Positions 8,506 through 18,290 of a stretch of DNA of 64,000 nt are shown here, piece by piece. The notes under the pieces were generated by a model. It was not told the DNA's origin, ran no database searches, and saw only the letters and a list, made by a program, of their open reading frames with translations. Origin of the DNA: Bdellovibrio sp. GTDB lineage: Bacteria > Bdellovibrionota > Bdellovibrionia > Bdellovibrionales > Bdellovibrionaceae. Numbering within the stretch: position 1 is the stretch's first letter; the number at the start of each line of letters is the position of its first letter. The stretch spans positions 1,504,001 through 1,568,000 of the forward strand of contig JAKFCY010000002.1 of the NCBI GenBank assembly GCA_036676395.1, in the 5' to 3' direction. The translations under genes were made by a program, and so were the position numbers.

Positions 8506-8988
8506 ATGAGAAACAACATCACTGACTTTACTTATCCGATCATCTTCAAGCACATTCATGGTTTTTTAACGGTTTCGGTTCCAGACTTGGGAATTGACGC
8601 CAAGGTTGCTGTTCCGAACGATTTTTTTCAGACAAAAAAACTAGAGGAAAATAAAGAAATTATTTGGCAGATATTTTCACAAGTTATGAAAGACTCGGTG
8701 TCACATCTTGAAACTAAGAAATGGATACCTAACGCGTCGCAAATCAAAACTCAGCTCAAAACCGCAGAGAAAGACTATAGCCTTCCTGAATTTTGCCGGG
8801 CCGTTCAAAAACATATAACAGTCAGCGAAAACACTTTGCGCCGAGAGATCTCAAAAGGAAAGATTATTTGCTATACTACTGAAGGCGGACACAGACGAAT
8901 TCCAGAATCAGAACTGCAACGCTATATTAAAAGTTCTCTAAATAATACCGCGGGCTCAAATCCCCCGGAACAGGACGGTCACTTATGA
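8506..8988 (+). CDS. DNA-binding protein with a HicB-like N-terminal fold and a C-terminal excisionase/MerR-type (HTH_17/BldC-like) domain
   Basis: N-terminal YPIIF...LTVSVPDL; C-terminal VSENTLRR...GKI.CYTTEGGHRRIPESEL. ATG 8506 preferred over TTG 8470. Confidence 0.7.
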   Translation: MRNNITDFTYPIIFKHIHGFLTVSVPDLGIDAKVAVPNDFFQTKKLEENKEIIWQIFSQVMKDSVSHLETKKWIPNASQIKTQLKTAEKDYSLPEFCRAVQKHITVSENTLRREISKGKIICYTTEGGHRRIPESELQRYIKSSLNNTAGSNPPEQDGHL

Positions 8989-9533
8989 AAAACATCTTAC
9001 TTGCATTTTTATCTCTTCAATTAATTAGCATGGCAGCTTTGGCAGAAACCGCGTACCTAGGTGGAGGCTGTTTCTGGGGTGTTCAGGATTTACTGCGTAA
9101 GCAGCCAGGGGTTACAGCAACCGAAGTAGGTTACATGGGTGGCGAAGAAGCTAAAGCTAACTATGAACTTGTTAAAACCGGAAAAACCGAATTTGCCGAA
9201 ACTGTGAAGATTGATTTTGACCCAAAGAAAACATCTTATGAAAAACTGTTATTATACTTTTTCAAGATTCACGATCCAACTACGATGAATCAACAAGGTA
9301 ATGATAAAGGCCGCCAATACCGAAGCGTGATCTTCTACACAACAGACAAACAGCGAACAACCGCTCAGGATATGATTGCGAAAATTAATAAATCCAAAGC
9401 TTGGAAAAAACCGATCGTTACCGAAGTTGTACCGAGCTCACGCTGGATTAAAGCTGAAGATTATCATCAAGATTATTTAGTGAAAAATCCGGCAGGATAT
9501 ACCTGCCATTTTGAGCGGAAAATTGAATTTTAG
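8985..9533 (+). CDS. msrA: Peptide-methionine (S)-S-oxide reductase, exported
   Basis: GGCFWG, DPT..NQQGND.GRQYRS, AEDYHQDY, GYTCH; N-terminal signal peptide ending ALA. Confidence 0.95.
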   Translation: MKNILLAFLSLQLISMAALAETAYLGGGCFWGVQDLLRKQPGVTATEVGYMGGEEAKANYELVKTGKTEFAETVKIDFDPKKTSYEKLLLYFFKIHDPTTMNQQGNDKGRQYRSVIFYTTDKQRTTAQDMIAKINKSKAWKKPIVTEVVPSSRWIKAEDYHQDYLVKNPAGYTCHFERKIEF

Positions 9534-9547
9534 ATAGTTCTATTAGT

Positions 9548-10900
9548 TTAGTAAGAATTTTTCGGAAAATAAAAAGTTCTACTTGCGGGAAAAGTGGTCG
9601 CAAAACTTTGCCATGGAATTTCGCTGTTATCCAACACAAAGTTATCTAAATCGCGAGCCTGATTACAAGAAACCCCCGATAAGCCCGGACAATCAGTTGG
9701 CGCAGATCCTGACTCATCAGCACCAACTGGAGAAGATACTCCGGTACTCATGTAAGTTTCTAGCGCAGCAACAGTATCCCATTCTTGAACTTTCATTCGA
9801 ATACGATAATTCGTCTCAAAAGCCTCATCTAAACAATCAAACAAATAGTCTGCATTCCCTGATCGAACTGGCGTACCAGAACGATCACTAATCGGCGTGA
9901 TAAAATAAGGATTCACCGAGGTTGTTCCTGAAAGTGCCGCATAACCGGCATGCGTATGTGTCCCGACTGTAAAAAAGTTAGCTACGACAAAATTTTCCTG
10001 AGCACCGTTTACAGATTTACTTACATCCTTAACGGTGTAAATTTTAGTACGTTTTTTATCTGGAGTCATTTTCTCTATTAAAGAAGAAGGATAGCCATTT
10101 TGGTCGTAAGTTTCCCAACTAGTTTTACCAGGCCCACCTATACATGAAGCCACATTACCTCCCCATGATTTACCGCGCTCGTCAGTAGGTGTTGTTCCAT
10201 CAGGAGTAACAACAGTAGTTCGCAAACGGTATTTGCCAAAACAGCAATTTTGGCCACCGTCTTCATCAGAAGTATCGTATTTACATTTAACACTAACTTC
10301 TTCTGCAAAATCGAATTCAATATCATTCCAAGAAGTCGGAGGAGTCGGAGTCGTGCAGCTTACTGGTGTACTGCCATCTACAGAACATAAAGAACTAGTC
10401 ACTGTGCCACTGGCATCTTTAACTACACTAACAACAACATCGGTTGGCCCAGTACCTACTTCATAATTGTAATACCAGTAAGGATATGTTTCGATGTATT
10501 TACATTGATTCACAGGCACATTGTATTGAAATTTTATTCCACTAAAAAACAATGATAATTCACCGATCTCAACCACGCATGTTAAATCATTTATTAATGA
10601 TGAACTTGTGAATGAACATTTCTGAGAATACGCGCCGGCAACGCTTGAAAAATTTGTATAATCAACTGTATCCGGAACTGTGACGAATATGTTTCCTTCA
10701 TCATAGCCTGCTGGAATTGTAGCGTTCTCTTCTTCTTCCTCGGTCGTAGGCTCAGATGAAGTCGGCGTTGGATCTACTGTTGTTGTGCCTGAAGTTGTCG
10801 TACTAGCCAAAGTACTTTGGTTTCCTCCGCAGGAAGTAAAAAATAATCCTGCGAAACTTAATAAGACAATTGCTTGTACAACTTTTAAAGATCCATTCAT
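9548..10900 (-). CDS. Cys-rich hypothetical lipoprotein
   Basis: RBS GGAGG before ATG 10900, lipobox FTSC, Thr/Pro/Glu-rich linker, more than 10 Cys. Confidence 0.75.
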   Translation of the reverse strand: MNGSLKVVQAIVLLSFAGLFFTSCGGNQSTLASTTTSGTTTVDPTPTSSEPTTEEEEENATIPAGYDEGNIFVTVPDTVDYTNFSSVAGAYSQKCSFTSSSLINDLTCVVEIGELSLFFSGIKFQYNVPVNQCKYIETYPYWYYNYEVGTGPTDVVVSVVKDASGTVTSSLCSVDGSTPVSCTTPTPPTSWNDIEFDFAEEVSVKCKYDTSDEDGGQNCCFGKYRLRTTVVTPDGTTPTDERGKSWGGNVASCIGGPGKTSWETYDQNGYPSSLIEKMTPDKKRTKIYTVKDVSKSVNGAQENFVVANFFTVGTHTHAGYAALSGTTSVNPYFITPISDRSGTPVRSGNADYLFDCLDEAFETNYRIRMKVQEWDTVAALETYMSTGVSSPVGADESGSAPTDCPGLSGVSCNQARDLDNFVLDNSEIPWQSFATTFPASRTFYFPKNSY

Positions 10901-11011
10901 AGATCCTCCAACCATTTTTTGATTACGGACAAGTTCATGCGGTTTATGCATACTCTATTATCGTAACAATAATGATCAGAGGCGTCCCCTAGACTTGTAT
11001 CAATCTAGACA

Positions 11012-13909
11012 TTAGTCTTTCAATGCGGGAGTGATATCAAAAGCTTCGTTTTTGCCATTACGCAAGACTAAGATCTTGGTCTTCACGTCTGGCTTAACCG
11101 ACTGTAGCGTGTAGACATAATCGTAGATGTTTTCAATCTTAGTTTGATCAAAACCGGTGATCACATCACCCGAAACCAGGCCTGCTTTTTCAGCCGGAGA
11201 GTTTTTCGCAACGCCAGTGATACGCACGCCCTTAACGCCTTCTTGCGAGTAATCAGGAATTGTTCCTAAGAAAATTCTAAAACTTCGGCCTTCTAATTGT
11301 TTGCCAGAATTACTTTCGACTTTTTCGTATTTCAAAATGTCTTTATCAGTTTTTGCAATGGCATCACCGAAATACTGAACCACAGTGATTGTATCTTTTA
11401 GCCCTGAGTAATTTAGAGTTTCTGGCTTATCCAGCGGCGTATGATATTCATTATGCGCACCTGTGAAAAATGATATTGACGGCACACCGGCTAAATAAAT
11501 CGACATAGAATCTGTTGGCAAATACGGATCAGAAGTTAAGTTTAAGGCAACACCTGTTTTAATCGATGAAGCTTCAGCTAATGCACGAAAACCTTCGGCC
11601 GAACCCACGCCTTGAATATTTAAATTATCGCGCAAGCGACCGATCATATCCATATTAAGGCCTGCGGCGAACACATCACTCATCTTTTTATATTTTTTCA
11701 CAAAGTGGTGCGAACCAAGAACACCGATTTCTTCGCCAGACCAAACCGCGAAATATAGCGGGCGCTTAAGTTCTTTTTTTTGTGTTGAATAAGAGTGGGC
11801 TAATTCTAAAACACCGGCAACACCTGATGCATTATCATCTGCGCCGTAATGGATTTTATCTTTGTGTTTACTAGTTGCTAATGAAGAGCCCGGAAGCCCT
11901 AAACCCAAATGATCACCATGAGCGCCCACTAAAATCGCTTTTGCTTTTTTAGAAGTCGCAGGATCGAGGCGAGCAATCACATTGCGGCCAGTTGATTTAT
12001 TAGTTAATAAATCAATAGTTGCCGAAAAATATTGAGAAGTTAGATTAAAGCCAACAACCGAATCATAGCTATCATATTTTGTTTTTACTTGATCATAACT
12101 AGTTAAGTCTTTGTTACCTGAAGTGTTTTTTAAAAGTTTTTCAAAGACTGCCGTCGTGATTTTTACAATCGGAAGTTGTGAATCAGATAAACTGCCGGCA
12201 AATTTTAAATCGCTGATCTTGTTTTTATCTTTTGTTTCTTCAACCAAAATTACACCAAATGCACCGGCATTTTTGGCCACCGTAATCTTATGTTGCATCC
12301 GCGAGAATGATAATAAGTATGTGTGTTTCGAGAATTCTTTCTTAGCAGGCTTTGGCGCTTCGTCTAAAATGACAACCCATTTACCTTTAACATCTAAATC
12401 TTTATACGAATCAAACCCTGAAAATTCGCTATGTGCAGGGGCTTTAATCCCAAACCCTGCAAACACAATCGGAGCCGCGTTAAACGCACCCGTCTTAGAA
12501 TATGAAATCAACTGATAGTCTTCGTTTAATTTTAAACTTTGTTCGAAACGACCTTTAAATTCAGCTCTGTTTTTTTCACCAGCTGTTACGCCTGAAATAA
12601 ACTCGAACGTCTGAATAAAATTTTTGCCATCGGCCGGAACCAAGCCCCATGATTTAAATAAATCGGCGATTTTTTGCGTGTAAACTTTTTCTTCTTCAGA
12701 GCCAGTAAAACGGCCTTTAAATTCTTCGCTCGCTAAATAAGAAACGATCGCCTTAGTGTCTTGTTCTCGAATTTCAGGCTTAAGATCAGTAAGTGTAGCC
12801 GCAGGTTTTGCTTTCGCTTCTGATAACCCTAATAGCTTTCTAGCCTTTACATCATCCCAATCAGCGATGTAAATCTGGCTTTCGCCTTTTTCATTTTTAT
12901 GTGACCACGTGATTTTTTTGGCATCCGGTGAAAAAGTCGCAAGACCATCAAAACCCTCAGCAAAAGTTACGCGCTTTGGTTCTTTTAAGCCTTCGGCATC
13001 CACAATAAATAATTCGAAATTAGAATACCCACCTACTGTCGTATTAAAAATAATGTAATCCCCGCTTGGATGAAAAAATGGAGCCCAAGACATCGAATTT
13101 AAACGTGTGATTTGTTTTTGGTTTTTGCCATCAACATCCATCGTAAAAATTTCAGCCGAGGCACCTGATTCAGAAAATCGGCGCCAAGTGATTTTTTTAC
13201 CATCAGCAGAAAAGAAAGGCCCACCGTCATAACCAGAACTTGTGGTTAAACGTTTTACATCACTGCCATCGGCTTTCATGATGTAGATTTCCATAAAGTA
13301 CGATGGATCTTGTTTAAACTTTTTATCTTCTTCTGCAGTTAATTTGTGATCATAAGCGATGCGATTCGACGCAAACGCGATGTACTGACCATCCGGAGAA
13401 TAAGAACCTTCCGCATCGTAACCTAATTCTTTAGTTAAACGCTTTTGATTTTTACCTTCAAGGTTTGATTCAAAAATATCAAAATGTTCGTCAAAGCTCC
13501 ATGAATAGCGGCCTTTAACAGGGTTTGCACGCAAGGCTAACTCTTCTTTAACTTTTGCCGGAATCTGTTTATCTAAGTGAGTTGATGACCACATCACTTT
13601 TTGCATATTCGGATGAACCCAGCCACAAGTGGTTTTACCTTGCCCCGGAGAAAGCCTTTGCACACTTCCCGATTCAAGATCCATGATAAACATCTGGTAA
13701 AAAGGGTTACCCGGTTCACGCTCTGACTGAAACACCATTTTTTTGCCATCAGCACTAAAATAGCCCTCGCCCGATTTTGGCCCAACGAAAGTAATTTGTT
13801 TGGCGTTTTGAATCAGCTTTGGATCTTCACTCAATGCATCCGCGCCTAAATAAATAACCGCAGCTAATGGTAAAATTGAAATTCTAATTAAACTTTTTAA
13901 ATTCTTCAT
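11012..13909 (-). CDS. Exported M28 family aminopeptidase with TolB-like propeller, PA and PDZ domains
   Basis: Repeated FSPDG/FSADG (PD40), GAHGDHLG, GADDNASG, GEEIG, NMDMIGR, YHTP.D; C-terminal LGTIPD...SPAEKAGL PDZ domain. Confidence 0.92.
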   Translation of the reverse strand: MKNLKSLIRISILPLAAVIYLGADALSEDPKLIQNAKQITFVGPKSGEGYFSADGKKMVFQSEREPGNPFYQMFIMDLESGSVQRLSPGQGKTTCGWVHPNMQKVMWSSTHLDKQIPAKVKEELALRANPVKGRYSWSFDEHFDIFESNLEGKNQKRLTKELGYDAEGSYSPDGQYIAFASNRIAYDHKLTAEEDKKFKQDPSYFMEIYIMKADGSDVKRLTTSSGYDGGPFFSADGKKITWRRFSESGASAEIFTMDVDGKNQKQITRLNSMSWAPFFHPSGDYIIFNTTVGGYSNFELFIVDAEGLKEPKRVTFAEGFDGLATFSPDAKKITWSHKNEKGESQIYIADWDDVKARKLLGLSEAKAKPAATLTDLKPEIREQDTKAIVSYLASEEFKGRFTGSEEEKVYTQKIADLFKSWGLVPADGKNFIQTFEFISGVTAGEKNRAEFKGRFEQSLKLNEDYQLISYSKTGAFNAAPIVFAGFGIKAPAHSEFSGFDSYKDLDVKGKWVVILDEAPKPAKKEFSKHTYLLSFSRMQHKITVAKNAGAFGVILVEETKDKNKISDLKFAGSLSDSQLPIVKITTAVFEKLLKNTSGNKDLTSYDQVKTKYDSYDSVVGFNLTSQYFSATIDLLTNKSTGRNVIARLDPATSKKAKAILVGAHGDHLGLGLPGSSLATSKHKDKIHYGADDNASGVAGVLELAHSYSTQKKELKRPLYFAVWSGEEIGVLGSHHFVKKYKKMSDVFAAGLNMDMIGRLRDNLNIQGVGSAEGFRALAEASSIKTGVALNLTSDPYLPTDSMSIYLAGVPSISFFTGAHNEYHTPLDKPETLNYSGLKDTITVVQYFGDAIAKTDKDILKYEKVESNSGKQLEGRSFRIFLGTIPDYSQEGVKGVRITGVAKNSPAEKAGLVSGDVITGFDQTKIENIYDYVYTLQSVKPDVKTKILVLRNGKNEAFDITPALKD

Positions 13910-13954
13910 ATAAACTGTAATCCTTAAGGTATATAAAAACTTAAAAGGAATTTT

Positions 13955-14500
13955 ATGAATTGGGTATTACTTTGTGTCTCTTTATTTATTTTCAGCTGCC
14001 AAAACCAACCACTGGCTGCCGACAAGAAACCTGCTTCAATTAAAAGCTATGTCTCTTTAGATCTTGCATACCCTGAATATCAACAAACTCTCAATAAGCT
14101 TGATGCATTTTTAAGCACTAAGCTTATCAACCGCGGCGAAGCCCATATTACGGTGATCACCCCACCTGAATTTACAAAAATAACAGCCAAGGTTTCACCC
14201 GAAACCATTCACCAAGAATGGGAAGAGTGGAAAACAAAAACTTTCAAAAAAGTGTGTTTAGGCGAAGGCAGTTTAAAAGAAAAAAACCAAGTTTTAAAAA
14301 CCTATTACGTGGTCGTTGAAGCACCTGAATTATTAGCGTTTCGTGAATATCTAAAAAACAAATACGCCGTCGTTGATTTTAAGGCTAACGTGTTTTACCC
14401 GCATATCACGCTTGGTTTTACCGAAAAAGATTTGCACTTTGAACAAGGCGTAATTAAAGATCTGAAATCTTGTCCTAAGAAATTACAGCACCTTTTATAA
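13955..14500 (+). CDS. 2H phosphoesterase superfamily lipoprotein
   Basis: Two HxT motifs (AHITVI, PHITLGF); lipobox IFSC. Confidence 0.8.
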   Translation: MNWVLLCVSLFIFSCQNQPLAADKKPASIKSYVSLDLAYPEYQQTLNKLDAFLSTKLINRGEAHITVITPPEFTKITAKVSPETIHQEWEEWKTKTFKKVCLGEGSLKEKNQVLKTYYVVVEAPELLAFREYLKNKYAVVDFKANVFYPHITLGFTEKDLHFEQGVIKDLKSCPKKLQHLL

Positions 14501-15612
14501 TGAAAGTCTGTGATTTAGCTTCGACATGCCCGGGCTGTTCATTATGGGGCATAGCTTATACCGAACAATTGACGCAAAAAACTAAGCGTCTGCAAGATTT
14601 ATTTCTTGGGCACCTAAGCCCGCAACAAATCAAAACTCACTCTGCAGGGGAACATTCAATGCGTGAGCGTTTTGATTTTATTATTAAAGATAAAAAAGTT
14701 GGGCTGATCGACAAAGATAGAAATTTTATCCCAATTAGCGAATGTTTACAGCTTACTCCCAAATTACAGCACGCTTTAGATTTGCTAACTAAAACTGACT
14801 TCAATATTCGCATCGGCACAATCAGGCTACGCGCCTCAAGCCGTGGACAAGTACAAAAGTTCGGACTGTGGCTTGATTTTGCCAATAACGATATTAAAAA
14901 CCTATTAGTTGAAAAAACTATTTTAAAAAAACTATCTGAAAACTTTTTTATCGAAGTCGGACAAAAAAAGAAATGTCTGGATGAATCGACATTTGATAAA
15001 GAGCAAATCAAATTAGCTGATCCCAAAATGCAGCCTTGGTTTCACACTTATAATTATAAAACTAAAACTCCCATAGATCTAAACTGCGCTGTCAGTAGTT
15101 TCACCCAACCATCGGCTGCCACGGCAAAGCTAATGACTGATATCATCGCCGACTGGATGATAGAGCCCGCCCAAAATGTTTGGGAGTTCGGCTGCGGCAT
15201 CGGTCAATATACTTTTTCATTATTAAGCTTAGAACACAAAGTGAATGTTTTTGAAAACGATGAATTCGCCTTAGAGTGCGTAAAACAAACTGCGATACAT
15301 AATCATTTACTTAAAAGTTTAACAATACACAGTGGCGACTTTCAAAGACCACAAAATCTAAAAGTCAGCGAAAAACCAGATGTGGTCTTAGTTAATCCAC
15401 CAAAATCCGGATTAAAAAGTTTTACCCAAAACGTGATCGCAGCTGAACCGAAAAAAATAATCTATGTTTCTTGTTATCCAGAATCCCTAAGAGCTGATAG
15501 TGAAATATTTTTGCAGGCAAACTATAAAATCATCAATGCACATATTGTTGATCAATTTCCGCAGACAAATCATTTTGAAGTTGTGATGTTATTTGAGAGA
15601 GTAAATATTTAA
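14500..15612 (+). CDS. RNA (uracil-5)-methyltransferase, TrmA/RlmD family
   Basis: C.....CPGC, SFTQ, EFGCGIG, VNPPKSG, YVSCYP, DQFPQTNHFE. Confidence 0.9.
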   Translation: MKVCDLASTCPGCSLWGIAYTEQLTQKTKRLQDLFLGHLSPQQIKTHSAGEHSMRERFDFIIKDKKVGLIDKDRNFIPISECLQLTPKLQHALDLLTKTDFNIRIGTIRLRASSRGQVQKFGLWLDFANNDIKNLLVEKTILKKLSENFFIEVGQKKKCLDESTFDKEQIKLADPKMQPWFHTYNYKTKTPIDLNCAVSSFTQPSAATAKLMTDIIADWMIEPAQNVWEFGCGIGQYTFSLLSLEHKVNVFENDEFALECVKQTAIHNHLLKSLTIHSGDFQRPQNLKVSEKPDVVLVNPPKSGLKSFTQNVIAAEPKKIIYVSCYPESLRADSEIFLQANYKIINAHIVDQFPQTNHFEVVMLFERVNI

Positions 15613-16179
15613 GCCAGTAATCCGGCCTGCGATATCTTTTTTTACTAATAAAGATAGGAGCGGTAAAGTAATAATTCCTGTCAATAAAGTCATGGTCGTG
15701 CGAATAACCACGCGGGCTAAATAAGATCTTTTGACGCGTTCATGAGGCTGGCCTAAACGCAAAGCACAGGTGTGCTCACCGAGAGAAGCTCCGGTTAAAG
15801 TGCGACTTGCGATAAAATACATCCACCCGCAGAAAGTAAAAAAAACTAAAAACGTCATCAACACATTTTCATGCGACAATGTAAAACCTAAAGTTTGTTT
15901 TAAACCCAGTTTAAGCAGCACTGACAAACACAACATAAAAAAACAACTCATAGCCGCAATCACTAATGTGTCGATCGTTGCGGCTAACCACATCCAAATT
16001 GATAAGCGAAAGCCTGTTCGTTTTTGCGGACCGCCTAAAAAACCAAGATCGAAATCAACCGCATTGTAATTACTACGAAAAAGTGGAGACTTTATTAAAT
16101 CTCCACTCGTACCAGAGTCTTTTTTAGGAACTCTGGTTTTTTCTATTTCGTTACGTGATCGATCTTTTTCAATAATCAT
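15589..16179 (-). CDS. RDD-family-like membrane protein
   Basis: AATIDT, two TM helices, GASLGE, R.TM pattern; TAATG-coupled to the upstream gene. Confidence 0.65.
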   Translation of the reverse strand: MIIEKDRSRNEIEKTRVPKKDSGTSGDLIKSPLFRSNYNAVDFDLGFLGGPQKRTGFRLSIWMWLAATIDTLVIAAMSCFFMLCLSVLLKLGLKQTLGFTLSHENVLMTFLVFFTFCGWMYFIASRTLTGASLGEHTCALRLGQPHERVKRSYLARVVIRTTMTLLTGIITLPLLSLLVKKDIAGRITGLNIYSLK

Positions 16180-18272
16180 TAACGAGTCGTATCCACTGGT
16201 TTAGTCGTTGTGCCTGTAGCAGGTTGTTCTGGGCAATTAATTGGATTTGCGACTTGCGATCCATCCCAACAAGTGTAATTCGCTGTTGCCGGACAATTTG
16301 CCAAATCACTAACTTGCGTCACACCATCAGCACAAATATAAAGTGTGGTTGATGTCGAAGTCGTTTCACATAAACATGAAGACGCATTTGTCATTGATTG
16401 TCCCGGAGGGCAAGCCGGACATCCACACGCACCACTTGAAAGCAACGCTTGAGGAGGAGTACAAGTCTGACCGCATGGAGGAATGGTTCCGTTAGGACAT
16501 GCATCCGCTGCAGGATTTAATTTTGGTTTTTTAACCTGGAAGAAAATTTTCCAAGCGGCATAAAGTGCCACGCCACCTAATACCCACGGAGCGATTTTTT
16601 TAACACCACCCCAAAGTTTCGAGAAGAAACCTGGTTTGTCTTTATCGTCATTACCGCCGCCTGGTCCTTTACATTCACCGACTTTTACGCCGTCATGCTC
16701 TGAGCCCGGTCCACAAACTTTACCGTCAGTACATTCAGGATCACATGTCCACTCACCCCCTGGCGTTACAGGGTCTACAACTGGAGTAGTTCCTGACACT
16801 GGAGGAGTTGGAGGCTGTGGAGTTACAGCACACGCCGAACCTGGGTTAACCGCCGGACCTGATGGACAAGCACAAGTTAATGTAGCTTCATCAACTTTAC
16901 CGCCATCTTTACAGCCTGGATTTTTTTCTAAGTAAGCGGCTACGAATAAGAAACGTTTATGTAACTGGTCACAAGCGCCCCAGAATTCGCGGTCATACTG
17001 AGTTTCAGCTGCTGCCGCCGCACAATCATTACGGGCCGCCGTGATTGTTGAATCAAATTGTGATTGGATTTCTTGAAGTTTTGCTAAAAGTTCAGCTGTG
17101 ATATTTCCTTTTTGGAAAGCATCGCGCATTTCAGGTGATCCATTTAACATACTGTCTAAGTATTTTTTTGTGTTCGCAATTGCTGCAGGATCTTGTAAAG
17201 CTTTTGCTTTATTAGATTCTAAAATTCCCTGGTAACGGCTTGCATCTTTTGCCGCTGCTGCTGCAGGTAGCGGAAGTTCTACTGAAGTTAAAGGCATTTT
17301 AGCATCACAACCTTTGTTGTAATGTGTTGCAGTTTGTAATTCTGATGAATTACTCAAGCAAAATTGTTTACCTGAACCATCAAATCCATAAATTGTCGGA
17401 TTACATGGAAAATTACAACCCGCTACTTTTGCACCAGCTGGGTATTGACAGCGTTTACCAGCCCCGTAAGAACCGATATAACCGGCCACAACACATTTCG
17501 TGTCGGCAGCCTGTGCCTCATCAAGCATGGCAAAAAAGTTGTTCCATTTGTCTAATGAGGAAGTCTTTTTACCTTTTTTAACAACTGTTTTTGCATCAAG
17601 AACGTCTTGTGCACCAGACCAAAGCATTCTCATGTTCATCATAAACTGAGCACGTTGAATCGGCGTCATTTTTTTCCAAAGATCTTTTGTGATTTTTGGC
17701 AAACCTGAAAACTTAGCCGGTGGAATAACCTTCTTCACCGCTACGGTTTTTTTCATAGTCTTAGGAGATGTTAAAGCATCGCCATAACCTTTTCTATGTG
17801 AAGCATCACCAAAATAAAGCTTGGCAAACATATCATCAAAATTGGCGATATCTTCTTCAGTTAAATTTGTATTATCAAATTTAACAAATTTTTCTGGCTC
17901 GCCTAAAAATTGAATATTACTTAATTGATCTTTACCACTGATTCGCATGGTAGCGATAGTTTCGCCTTTTGAGTTTTTACTAGAACCCACAATAAATTGC
18001 GGCATTGGTTCATCTTTGAAACGAACCAATAATTGTTCAACCATTTTTTGAACACGTGGTGGGTAATATTCTTTATTTTTTTTATAGAATTCACCAAACG
18101 TCATTGATTTGTTTAAACCAAGCTGTTGAACAATTTGTTCTAGCTGAGCTTTTGACATTTGTTCTTGGTTGGCTTGAGCTTGTTTACCCAGAGCCACTGG
18201 CGAGAACACCAGGGTGGCTAAAGAAACTGTCACCAACAAACCATTTATTTTTTTTAAAATCATGTTCATCAT
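16179..18272 (-). CDS. Exported Cys-rich protein with an internal hydrophobic helix (paralogue A)
   Basis: Signal peptide ending FSPVALG, Cys-free N-domain, Cys-rich core shared with 18291..20387, helix WVLGGVALYAAWKIFF, Cys/Pro/Thr-rich tail. Confidence 0.85.
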   Translation of the reverse strand: MMNMILKKINGLLVTVSLATLVFSPVALGKQAQANQEQMSKAQLEQIVQQLGLNKSMTFGEFYKKNKEYYPPRVQKMVEQLLVRFKDEPMPQFIVGSSKNSKGETIATMRISGKDQLSNIQFLGEPEKFVKFDNTNLTEEDIANFDDMFAKLYFGDASHRKGYGDALTSPKTMKKTVAVKKVIPPAKFSGLPKITKDLWKKMTPIQRAQFMMNMRMLWSGAQDVLDAKTVVKKGKKTSSLDKWNNFFAMLDEAQAADTKCVVAGYIGSYGAGKRCQYPAGAKVAGCNFPCNPTIYGFDGSGKQFCLSNSSELQTATHYNKGCDAKMPLTSVELPLPAAAAAKDASRYQGILESNKAKALQDPAAIANTKKYLDSMLNGSPEMRDAFQKGNITAELLAKLQEIQSQFDSTITAARNDCAAAAAETQYDREFWGACDQLHKRFLFVAAYLEKNPGCKDGGKVDEATLTCACPSGPAVNPGSACAVTPQPPTPPVSGTTPVVDPVTPGGEWTCDPECTDGKVCGPGSEHDGVKVGECKGPGGGNDDKDKPGFFSKLWGGVKKIAPWVLGGVALYAAWKIFFQVKKPKLNPAADACPNGTIPPCGQTCTPPQALLSSGACGCPACPPGQSMTNASSCLCETTSTSTTLYICADGVTQVSDLANCPATANYTCWDGSQVANPINCPEQPATGTTTKPVDTTR

Positions 18273-18290
18273 AAATTATCCTCTAATATT

